Assembly: GCA_002633005.1 (NCBI GenBank)
Contig: NMRA01000360.1
Coordinates: 375,065 to 439,064 of the forward strand
Direction of reading: 5' to 3'
DNA from: Phoronis australis
Taxonomy: Eukaryota > Animalia > Phoronida
DNA length: 64,000 nt
The notes under the pieces are model-generated. The model saw only the letters and a program-made list of their open reading frames with translations, did no database searches and was not told where the DNA came from. Made by a program: the position numbers and the translations under genes. Below are positions 12,001-24,000 of the stretch, piece by piece (the stretch's first letter is position 1; every line of letters begins with the position of its first letter).

Positions 12001-15000
12001 TGTTGATTGGTGCTGCTAAGTGAGTACTGTTGTGTAACGCTGACCTGTAAGTGGATTAGACACTGATAAGTGAGTACTGTTGTGTAACGCTGGCCTGTAA
12101 GTGGACTAGACATTGCTAAGTGAGTACTGTTGTGTAACACTGGCCTGTAAGTGGACTAGACACTGCTAAGTGAGTACTGTTGTGTAACACTGGCCTGTAA
12201 GTGGACTAGACACTGCTAAGTGAGTACTGTTGTGTAACACTGGCCTGTAAGTGGACTAGACACTGCTAAGTGAGTACTGTTGTGTAACNGTCAATATTTA
12301 CGTGTTAAAGCCTATCTTGAATGGTAACACCTGTAATTTTGGTTCTTACAGTGTGTTGAGTGCATTGCTCTGAGCCCACTAGTGCCATAAATTGCCAAAT
12401 GTAACGAACTGTTATACGTATTGGCTCGCTTTTGTCTAAGTCACCGCACGCAATGGTGTTCTGTTCAGACTCCTATTCAATATAACTGTTTTGGACCTTT
12501 TGTTGTTTGTTCTGGGATCTCGGTGTGACGCAACATGGCACGAAAAGGCAGCTTCGCCTATCATTTGACGGGCTTACATTTGCTTGATTGAACTCGTGAT
12601 TTCTCATTTTACTAAGGCTTTGCTAGGACTATCTGGTTAGCCTAATACATCTAAAGTAACAAAATTCTGTTGAAGTTCGGCTTTAAGGCCACCTCCATGT
12701 TTGGTATGTGTGATGGTGTAATTGGGTTTTTCTTTAAATAATTATACTATTCTGCTATATGAGATTTTCTTGCTTGCGCCCAAAATTCAAGATTGAGGAC
12801 GCTTGACTCCGTGTGATGTTTGATCTCAAATACAAAATTGATGACACTGGACACCGTGTGATGTTTGATCTCAAATACACCAACCTTTTAGTAGACCATA
12901 TACCACTCTCTTACTCATTTTAATGTAAGACAAAAGTGATCTCCATGCTCTAGAAGAACTAGCAATATACGTACAGCTGAATTCAGTAAAGTGGATTTGC
13001 GGACTATGAGTTATATAGCTGTCAGTCAAATATGAGATAGTCTCCTGTCTTATCTCTACACGGAGTTACTGTGTGATTCCTGATGTGTGGAGATACGTCA
13101 ACTTGTAAATATGCACACGGTACTATTTCAGAGCGCCCGCCCAACAACCTATACATAGAGGCGATCACGGAGGAGCGTGCCGCACGCTGCCTCGCTCGCA
13201 TCGACCTGCTGAATGAGATTCGGGAGGAGGTGTTGTGGCACCCCAAGCTGGAGGAGCGTCTCAAACTATGTCGCTCCTCTCTGGATCTGCCAGTTTGGTG
13301 GGTGAACGGGGAACATGACAAGGATCTGTTGATTGGTGCTGCTAAGTGAGTACTGTTGTGTAACACTGACCTGCTAGTAAACTAGACACTGCCAACGTCT
13401 CTACTTAGCAGTAAAGACGGCGGTACTCCCATAGGGCCTTCATACACCAGAAGCTTTTCAGCGAATTTTGCCTGACATTGATTACACCATCAAAGTCACA
13501 TTGTTATAAATACCTTTTGCATAAAGAGGGACACGTCAGGAGGCTGCCGATGTCTTTAATTCCTTCCAACTCGAACAAATACTCCAGTAATCAAAACTTT
13601 TTTCAAGTAGTCCTTTGTTCAGTTGCCCAAATCGGCAACTGGCCATTTTTACACTGCTCGCGCTCAGGGATATGATGTCACTGGCACTGTCTACTGTTGG
13701 ACTGGCTTATCATTAACTGTGTTGTGTATTTGTTTCCTTTGTGTTGAAAATCAAACGTCTGTGGTAAGACATCTGCTGATATCTCCGCTATGTCGAGTTC
13801 TTGAACGCAGATGTCCACTCTTGCTGTAAACCTATGTTGGGACGTGTATATCATTACTCGTTTACAGACACGGACTGGTGCGAACTGACTACCACATCCA
13901 GTACGACCCGAAGCTGTGCTTCAGAGAACTAATCAAAAATCAGACCGACCAAGTGCGTCTTGGCTCCAGTCAGGGCTTCCAGGTGCTTTCAAATGGATCT
14001 CAGGGTAAGGCTGGATTCATTCAACGTTTCAGCTTTCTCACTACTTATTTTGTTGCAAAAAATTATAGCAAGATAGCTGCCCTGAAAAGGACTTGGCTAA
14101 CGCGTTGCTTGAGACGGCTTAACAAACCAAAATGAATCCCACACACAGACGAGATACTACTGTGGAATACTAAGATGTTAACACACCTTGTTCAAGAACA
14201 GAAAGTGTCTCGTTGGATAAACCTACAATTAAAAGATTTTATTCCACTGTAGTACCTAAGTGTCCCTAATTTCCGGTCGCACTAGTTGTGAACATGCACT
14301 AGTTGTGCACGGGCTGTCGCTTTTGGTGTTTGAAACTAAGGATTTCATAATTCATCCCTGCAGTCCAACTTGTGTTGGTGCCTGGAATGAAGATTGAGTA
14401 GACCTGCATTTTTATGTAATTTGCATTGTCAAAAAGATATTTATCATGGTTATTTTAAATCCTTATGTACAAAACAATGTGAGATCAAAGCATTAGAGCA
14501 TGGTCTCTTTAAAGGATCATGGAATTTTTCAATGATTCAAAGTGGTTTGCTAATATCACAACTGAGCAATAATATTAATAGATGTAATGAGACATGGATG
14601 TTTTGGTTAGACTTAACGTGGCCTTTATTAGATAAATTAAAAATTAATTACATTTCACATGTTTTGACTAATTAAGGTTTTTGTGGAGTGATTTTTATGC
14701 GAGGTTCAATAAATCAATCAGACCTGATTATTGCAGAAAAACTATTTAAAGAAGAAAAGTCTAAAGCAGTTGTTGACGAGAAGCCGATAAAGGTTGAGGA
14801 ACCGGTCATAAAATCTGAGACTGCCTCCTCTAAAGACATTGAAGTCGGTGTCAAACAGGAAGATAGCCCATCAGAGGGCGCCAAATCTAGTGACGTTCTG
14901 TTGAGTGATGTTAAACCTGGTGACATTAAGTCGGAGACAACCGACACCGATGTGGAAATGGCCGAAGAGAAGGGGTCAGTAGACGAAAAAGAGATTAAGA

Positions 15001-18000
15001 CCGAGCCAGCTGAGGAGAAGGAAGTAGCGAGAGAAGGGGAGGATGTCGAGCATGAGGTGAAGTCAGAGGAGGCCACAGTGAATAATGGGTCCGGGGAGGA
15101 TGAAGGGGTGAAGGCTGAAGAGAAGGAGGAGACGGACTCCATGCCTACACTGGAGCCCGAGATGGAGAACCAGGTATTTTGATATATTGCTTTGATGTGA
15201 GAATGGTTGTGAGGCAAACGACCTAATAATTTAGGAGTGGTTTCAATGTCTACTACCTTCTAGCTGACTCGTTTTCTGTGGTTATCTGCCGTTGTGATTT
15301 ATTATTGAAGGGAAATAAGAAGAGAAAGGAAATTGATGAATAAATTAAGGCTTGAAATTTTGTGCTCAATAAAGTAACTGTTAGATAAGGTGTGACTGTC
15401 ATGTGTGCCTTGACGCTTATATTTATCTGAGTAATGGTAAGGGATTTTGAGGCTCAGCGTAATTGCATTAGCTGTCTACTGAAAGTTGTGTGAGTGACAA
15501 GACTGTGTTTTTCTGCAGGACTCGCGAGCGGAGAGCACCGCCTGTACAGAGCCTGGTGACCTGACAGTTATGGACGCCGACAAGGATTCTTCAGTAGCGG
15601 ACATTCTGGCACAAACACTACACAATCGTTCTATGCAGTGGCCCAAGGTACTTTACTGTTTGTAACACATGTCCATACCTCGATTTATCGTGGTAATCCA
15701 ACCTCTGGTTTCTGTGAGACAGAAACTTGTCTATACTGCTATTTATTGATGTTAATCTAACCTCTGGTTTCTCTTAGAACCTGGCCATCCTGTGATTACA
15801 GTCATGGCGAGCTGAAGTGTCCACAGCGGTTGTTCTCAGCTGGCTAATACCTCAGTGTATTTAGATGCCATGTGCTTGAGATGTAGGTGTTCTACCTCGT
15901 CTCTGAACATGTCCTATCTGGTTGCTGAATTTCGCCTTTCTCAATCGTTGCCTGGGAATATTTCCTCTCGTGTGGTATCCAGGAAATTGCATGCCTCTTC
16001 TCATGATGTTACATTGTCGGAACGTAAAGTTAGACAGACTCTCATGGGAGAATCTTAGTGTAGAAATGGATGTACTGAGTGGATAATGTGTTCAAGAGTC
16101 CGGTGGCCAGTTGTGTGAAACGGTCCCACATAGGGACTCTACTATGTTCCCTAAATCCTCTGCATATTTGTGGGCCTGTGAAAACACCGATTACCCTTTC
16201 TTACGCTGTTTGAGTATCATTACTAAGTCAATTTTTGATTTGATACAAATCGAGAGTGAACTTTATGTTGAATTCTCAATATTATTGAAAATATATAGGG
16301 ACCTTTTCATGCAATGCTTCTAATTTTGAGGACTCGGTCCTTAATTGTTTTTACTAGAGGACTCTGTCCTTAATTGTTTTTACTAAATTAAGGCCTCAGT
16401 CTTTAGTTATATTATTAGAAAATGCCATTAGGCAAAGAGGAGCTCATAATGAAGACAAAGTGATAGAAAAATATATTTGGCTAAAAAACAAAAGAAATAC
16501 GAAAAAGGCTTTTTGGTTGAATCCCTATTTGGGTTTGTTTCATGCAACCGGGCACGGGAATCCACTGAATATTATGTTGTAGGACCGTGTCATCTGAATA
16601 TTATGTTGTAGGACCGTGTCATCTGAATATTATGTTGTAGGACCATGTCATCTGAATATTATGTTGTAGGACCGTGTCATCTGAATATTATGTTGTAGGA
16701 CCGTGTCATCTGAATATTATGTTGTAGGACCGTGTCATCTGAATATTATGTTGTAGGACCGTGTCATCTGAATATTATGTTGTAGGACCGTGTCATCTNA
16801 GCGAGAGAAGGGGAGGATGTCGAGCATGAGGTGAAGTCAGAGGAGGCCACAGTGAATAACGGGTCCGGGGAGGATGAAGGGGTGAAGGCTGAAGAGAAGG
16901 AGGAGACGGACTCCATGCCTACACTGGAGCCCGAGATGGAGAACCAGGTATTTTGATATATTGCTTTGATGTGAGAATGGTTGTGAGGCAAACGACCTAA
17001 TAATTCAGGAGTGGTTTGAATGTCTACTACATTCTAGCTGACTCGTTTTCTGTCGTTATCTGACGTTGTGATTTATTATTGAAGGGAGATAAGAAGAGAA
17101 AGGAAATTGATGAATAAATTAAGGCTTAGAATTTTGTGCTCAATAAAGTAACTGTTAGATAAAATGTGACTGTCATGTGTGCCTTGATGCTTATATTTAT
17201 CTGAGTAATGGTAAGGGATTTTGAGGCTCAGCGTAATTGCATTAGCTGTCTACTGAAAGTTGTGTGAGTGACAAGACTGTGTTGTTCTGCAGGACTCGCG
17301 AGCGGAGAGCACCGCCTGTACAGAGCCTGGTGACCTGACAGTTATGGACGCTGACAAGGATTCTTCAGTAGCGGACATTCTGGCACAGACACTACACAAT
17401 CGTTCTATGCAGTGGCCCAAGGTACTTTACTGATTGTAACACATGTCCATACCTCGATTTATCGTGGTAGTCCAACCTCTGGTTTCTGTGAGACACAAAC
17501 TTGTCTATACTGCTATTTATTCGTGTTAATCTAACCTCTGGTTTCTCTTATAACCCGGCCATCCTGTGATTACATTCATGGCGAGCTGAGGTGTCTACAG
17601 CGGTTGTTCTCAGCTGGCTAATACCTCAGTGTATTTATATGCCATGTGCTTAAGATATAGGTGTTCTACCTCGTCTCTGAATATGTCCTATCTGGTTGCT
17701 GAATTTCGCCTTTCTCAATCGTTGCCTGGGAATATTTCCTCTCGTGTGGTATCCATGAAATTGCATGCCTCTTCTCATGACGTTACATTGTCGGAACGTA
17801 AAGTTAGACAGACTGTCTTGGAAGAATCTTAGTGTAGAAATGGATGTACAGAGTGGATAATGTGTTCAAGAGTCCGGTGGCCAGTTGCATGAAACGGTCC
17901 TACATAGGGACTCTACTATGTTCCCTAAATCCTTTGCATATTTGTGGGCCTGTGAAAACACCGATTGCCCTTTCCTACGCTGCTTGAGTATCATTACTAA

Positions 18001-21000
18001 GTCAATTTTTGATTTGATACAAATCGAGAGTGAACTTTACGTTGAATTCTCAATATTATTGAAAATATTTAGGGACCTTTTCATGCAACGCTTCTAATTT
18101 TGAGGACTCGGTCCTTAATTGTTTTTACTAAATTAAGGCCTCAGTCTTTAGTTATTTTATTAGAAAATGCCATTAGGCAAAGAAGAGCTCATAATAAAGA
18201 CAAAGTGATAGAAAAATATATCTGACTAAAAAACAAAAGAAATACGAAAAAGGCTTTTTGGTTGAATCCCTATTTGGGTTTGTTTCATGCAACCGGGCAC
18301 GGGAATCCACTGATAATTATGTTGTAGGACCGTGTCCTCTGAATATTATGTTGTAGGACCATGTCATCTGAATATTATGTTGTAGGACCGTGTCATCTGA
18401 ATATTATGTTGTAGGACCGTGTCATCTGAATATTATGTTGTAGGACCGTGTCATCTTCCTTCGCCTTGAGCAAGTGTGTCACTGCATCAAGACGGGCGAA
18501 TGGAACACAACGCGCAAGTCTAGCTACAACCCGTACGACTCGCTCTCGGCCACACCCATTGGCACGCCATCAGCTCCGCCCAGGACAGATACGCCAGAGT
18601 ACAGCTTCGTGGACACTCCCGATTCTATGTCAGGATTCAAGGTGAAAAGTGGTCTTAGTTCAAAAGACTTGAGGGTCTGTGTAAAGGAGGTATGAGCAGT
18701 GTGTGCGTGTCATGCCGTGTGTCAGTCTGGTGTGTCGTAGGTAGAGAACTTACTGGCTGACTCGCTGACATGTCCTTTGACCGTGGTTAGGCTGCACACT
18801 GTTCACTGATGACGTGTCTTCAGGACAGGAATTGCACATGATTTCCTCACTGACTAACTTCACTATGCATTTTGTTTGAATTCGTATAACTCTACTAAAC
18901 TCTCGAGTTGAAGTAACTTGTGTCTCCAGAATTCTGTAGTTATTATTGGCCAGTTCTAACTGGTAATTAGTAAAGCTATTTTTGGTCACAAATATTTTCT
19001 TTGGCTTAATGGTTGATGTGATACATATATGTAGATGTGAGACATATATGTAGATGTCATACATATATGTAGATGTGATACATATATGTAGATGTGAGAC
19101 ATATGTGTAGATGTGATACATATATGTAGATGTCATACATATATGTAGATGTCATACATACATGTAGATGTGAAACATATATGTAGGTTCTAGGCTAAAA
19201 CACTCTACTGGAAATACAGATGATGAAACTAGATCCAACTCAGACTTCACTGTGTTGATTAATATCAATTCGAGCTTTTTAACCCTGATGTATTTCCACT
19301 ACTGTACCTTTTCTGATTTGCATAGTCGAGATTTTAAAGTTTTCGCTTTTTGAATTTGTTCGGAATGACAATACGGCTTGGTAACTTTTTGTTGCTCAAA
19401 CCAACAGGGCGAAGGGTTGAAGTTGACCATCCACAAAAGGCGAGGCAGACGGAGAAAGGCGGAAATTGAGATGGAACGCAGTGAGTCTTGTTACGCACTT
19501 GTTTTTGTCACGGCAGAGTCACGCTTAAAAATATCTCAGGCTAAGGTTTGCTAGTTTTGCTGGATATCTGAGTCGTAGATAGATAACCAGAAGTTAGGTT
19601 AAAGTAATGAGCAAGTTGAAGGGTAATGTATCTTTGGATTAGTGGTATTGGCTTGGTTTTTTTGATTTACCGTTAGTAGTTGAAAAGATTTTTGAATACG
19701 TGGTGAATATAGTGTGAGAAGCCTGCCATGAGTTCTTGGCCTTTTTCATTCACCTGCAGCTGTACGAGAACTGTCTAATTTTAAAGGGCTGTAACTGTGG
19801 TACTTGCAGAAATCAAAAAAATCTGCTTAACTTTTGAACTTTATGTTTGGTATTTTGTCGTGACTATTCGACTCAAATGTTTGTATCAGAAGTCAGCCAT
19901 GAGCTGGGGAGTACTTGTATTGTTCTGAATATATCTTGCTTGTATTTCAGATGCAAGGCTGCGTGCTCTAATGGGAACACCCAGTATGGCCTCCAGTGAC
20001 GGGGAACACAGCGAATCCAGCATGTCCGCCATGAATGTAAGTCATGAATATCACGAATATTCACCCATGTGTGAGTAATTTATTAAAACTAAATCTTGAT
20101 AGTACTTAAGAAAAGGGGATTTTACTTAATTCCCATAGATTTACAGAGCCAAAAATATGAAGTTGGTGCTATAGTAAACTTTGCAAAGTCAAACTTTAAT
20201 CTGTGCTCTCGTGTCAGTGTTTCAGTTCAGAGGTTTCTCATTTCATAAATACTAACACGGACGACTCCTGTGGTGTTATGAACTTTGGAAATGAGTTGGT
20301 AATTTTATTGCGACACCATGAAGTTGGGACGTTTCTGTGCATTCTTGGGGAATACAAATGATGAAATTAGATCCAACTCAGAGCACACTGTGTTGATTCA
20401 TTTCAATTCGAGCTTTTTAACCCTGATGTATAGCCCCAAGAAATGCACGTTCTTGTAAACGCGTTCATAACTGGCGATAATTGACTGCTATGCCTGTCTA
20501 CATAGTGTTACATTCATCAGTTGAACATACCCCGTGTGTATTGTCTTTCTTCAGGTGTCTGACATGGTCAACGGGAGAAGTGCTGCAGATCTGTTTGGAT
20601 TGGGCCGAGATGTAGACAGTGAGGGAAGTTTACTGCAAGAGGTCAGTCGATTTGTTTTCGACAGCTTTGTGTGCAATTAGCAGCCATGAATTTTAGTCTG
20701 AATCCAATTTATTAGTGATCTTATCTTTGACTACGGAAATACACGTGATGAAACTGGATCCAACTCAGACTGTGTACTGTGTTGATGTTTCCAAATTCGA
20801 GCTTTTTAACCCTGATGTATTTCTGTACAGTAATTAGACAAACCCTGTGTAGATTGTGTACCTGTTTCTGATTTCTAGTGCAGTTATCATGTTGCAAAGT
20901 ATTCAGAAAATTGAACCATGGCTATTGTTCATCTGAAAGTCCAGTTTGCGTGTAGCGATATTCTGTAAGGTTTACATGTCATTGGCTATTGGGTATTTAG

Positions 21001-24000
21001 ATGAGTTCGCTCAGTTCAATTTGTGAATTCTCATTTTAACACAAAGAACTAATCTGTCAACTGTCAGGGCTTGGAATTTTCCTCTTTTAAGGAGATTTCC
21101 TCTTTTTTGGTTTCGATTTTCTCATATTTGATTTCCAGTTTCCGCTTTTTTCATCTCTTTTTTATCATTACTTTAACTTTCTTCGTGCTAAAATGTTTAT
21201 TTCAGTTAAATATTAAAACACAAATAAAATATTTCTATCACACCAGCCTATTTATTTCTGGAACTATAGGGCCTACATCACCTGGAAAATTTTTCTCGTT
21301 TTTGTCAGTGGTCATTCCAAGCCCTGAACTGTATTGCTGACATGGGAACTGATTTGGCTGTGAATCAAACTTGAATTTTTCTTGGGAATGATGTAATATC
21401 GCTATCAACAACTAACATTTTATTATTGTGGATGTTACAGGAGGGTGACGTCCCGGTTAAGAAGAAGCGAGGTCGTAAGCGCAAAGCAGACAAGCTGGCG
21501 GAACAGGCACTGGCTGAGGCTCTGTCCATGAGGAGACATACAGCTGGAAGGACAAGTTTTGACCCTGGTATGTCCATCAGCCCAGCTACAGATTGGAGAC
21601 AGTAGTAAAGCAGTGGCAACTAGCTATTGCAGCCTTAGACTTGTAAAACCGCTGGATACGTGGAGTCCTTTTGCTATTGGATGAAGTGTATTGCTATAAA
21701 GTTATCCAGCAAAAATGGCACTCTCTTGCCATGCCTCATGTGAAGACAGTACTAATATCACATGTAGACAAGTTGTGATAATTTGAAGAAGTTGAGTAAG
21801 ACAAAGTTTTGAAGATTATGAATTAAAATAAAGTAATCTGGTGTGATTTTGCACGCTTTGATGCTCCATTTTTCTGTCAGTTCTATTGGATCAATACATT
21901 TTCGTTGATACTAATTATTATTGATTAAATATGGTCAGTAGCCAATAGGGTTGAATATTTACCTTGCTTGACTATTTTGGTACAATTTGACAATTCTCTC
22001 ATTTTACTAGAACCATTTCAACGGAAATGCTGGTTAGTGGCATTGTTTCCTGATGATGGTTTGATATCAGTAAGCTGAAACATTGACAACTTGGATCATG
22101 AATCCCGTCTCGGTTTTCATTTTCAACTTTCTCCTGGAAATACCTATTTGTATTGAATAAAATCAAATTGTTGCCTCTTTTTCTTGTACAGAAATATTGA
22201 TTTTGTGTGCACTTATAAGAGGTTAAGCATTATTTTAAATCTGATGGCCTGATAGCCGGATTTTAAATGACTGTTTTGCTGACGTGTTAGTTCTTTCTCC
22301 TCAGAGATGGTGCTTGCGCAGGCATCTCTTCACCAAGCCTCTCTGCTGTTTGCCGAGACGCGCGTGCCCGTCATCAATCTGAAGGACGGTAGCCGCCTGT
22401 CCGGGGACCAGGCTCCCATGCGTAAGGACCTGGAAGAGTGGCTAGAGGAACACCCTGGTTACATGGTGGAGGCAGCCGAAGATGAGGAGGTGGGTGTTAC
22501 CGCCAGTTGTGGACTGAGGGGAGAAAGGCTATAATGAGATTCACTTATACATAGTTGATGATAAATAGTGCAGGTGCACGCTATTTTGACTTCTACCCTA
22601 TTTATTCGGAATGGAAGACTTTGTATTCAGGAGGTGGCGCCAGTGAATAAAGGCTCCGTTTTGAACACCTGAATAGATTGGGAGCAGAGAGCTGTTGATG
22701 AGAATACTGGCGTCTTTGCGCGGATGGTCATGTTGATTACCCGAATGAATGCTTATGTATGGGTAGGACCATTGTCTCACTAGCGCCATCTAGTGAATAT
22801 AAAGTTGCCCTTTTATTGATTGGTGTCACTTGGCTTGTAGTTTTCACCTTGAAACGTGTATGTACTATACACCATATTCACTCAGTATCCGTTTTAAAAG
22901 TGAGCCTCTTTTTAGGTTTTGAAAACAATGCATTTTGCGCTTAAATAGAGCGGAAAACGTGATTTTTTTTTGCATGCCTCGTTATATTCTTGTCTCAAAT
23001 GCAGTGTTTTTTTTTTAAACTTAAAAAGAGGCTCACTACTAAAATGGTGACGGCATGAGTAAGGTCTATTGCTTGAAGTTTCATTGTTGTGTTGACCGCT
23101 GAATGAAGCTCTTGTCCAGTTTTGTAATTACTGCAGGCCTCTTAAGCATGGTGAACCAACATATTTTATGTTTTACAACTGTGGTTGTTGCTATGGAAAT
23201 ACAGATGATGAAACTAGATCCAACTCAGACTCTGCTGTGTTGATTAATATCAATTCGAGCTTTTTAACCCTGATGTATTTCCTCCTATGGATTATATTGT
23301 TTGCGTGATGGTTGTTAAGTTTTGGTTCGTGAAACAGTTTTGAATACAAAACATTCAACATGTCACTGTTACGTGTTATAAAAGCATATAACCTTGACCC
23401 ATTTTCCTACTCGGGTGTTCTGTGCAGGTAGAGTTTATGCAGAAAAAGTACAATTTTTTGTTCAAAGGCATTGGGACTTCTTTTTGTGAATCATTTGAAT
23501 ATCTAACTGCGAGTTCCACTGCTTCGAAATCTCTGTCCAAAACTCTAAGTTACATGTAAAATGTCCTTGGTGCCACATTTTAGTGCTCAAAATAATCCGT
23601 GTGTAAATTGGAATGTGACTGTTGCCTTATACTTTGCTGTTGCTTATGTTTCAGGGCATGTTAGATAAACGGCGGAGACGTAGACCGCGACTGGACCCCT
23701 TGAGACTTGACCCTGACCACATAACTGGAGATGAAAACGTGTCTGTGATAAATAGGGAAACTGGCAAAAAGGTGTGTTAGTTTGGCTCAGTTAAGTGTGC
23801 TAACTTGTGTGGATGAAATATATATGTTCACTTGGTGCTTATGAACACAGTTGTAGTTTTTATACCAAATTTAGATTTTGGTGTAGATAGCTGTTCTAGC
23901 ATTTGTTAATGGCTTGTCAGAGAATGACAGAAGTTCGGGAATTTTTTATTGATTGGTGTTTTTGGGAAGGTTTTTTGCTTGTTCTCGATTAATTCTTGCT

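Larger units (their letters stand above)
15026..18455 (+). repeat. Tandem duplication (15026-16798 vs 16800-18455); probable uncollapsed haplotypes
   Basis: Single N at 16799; the second copy starts in the middle of an exon. Confidence 0.85.

Noticed and set aside
16565-16798. CRISPR-like array of 29-bp repeats (also the 30-, 34-, 41- and 50-bp arrays)
   Set aside because: Units are head to tail with no unique spacers, the context is a eukaryotic intron, and there are no cas genes.
19231-19284. rRNA gene fragments
   Set aside because: The matches to 18S are only 10-13 nt, antisense, and positioned before D/D' boxes, so they are snoRNA guides rather than rDNA.
23415-23455. Microexon or recursive splice site at TGTGCAG|GTAGAG
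   Set aside because: A 20-nt exon would shift the frame, the intron is short, and the flanking exons already join in frame.
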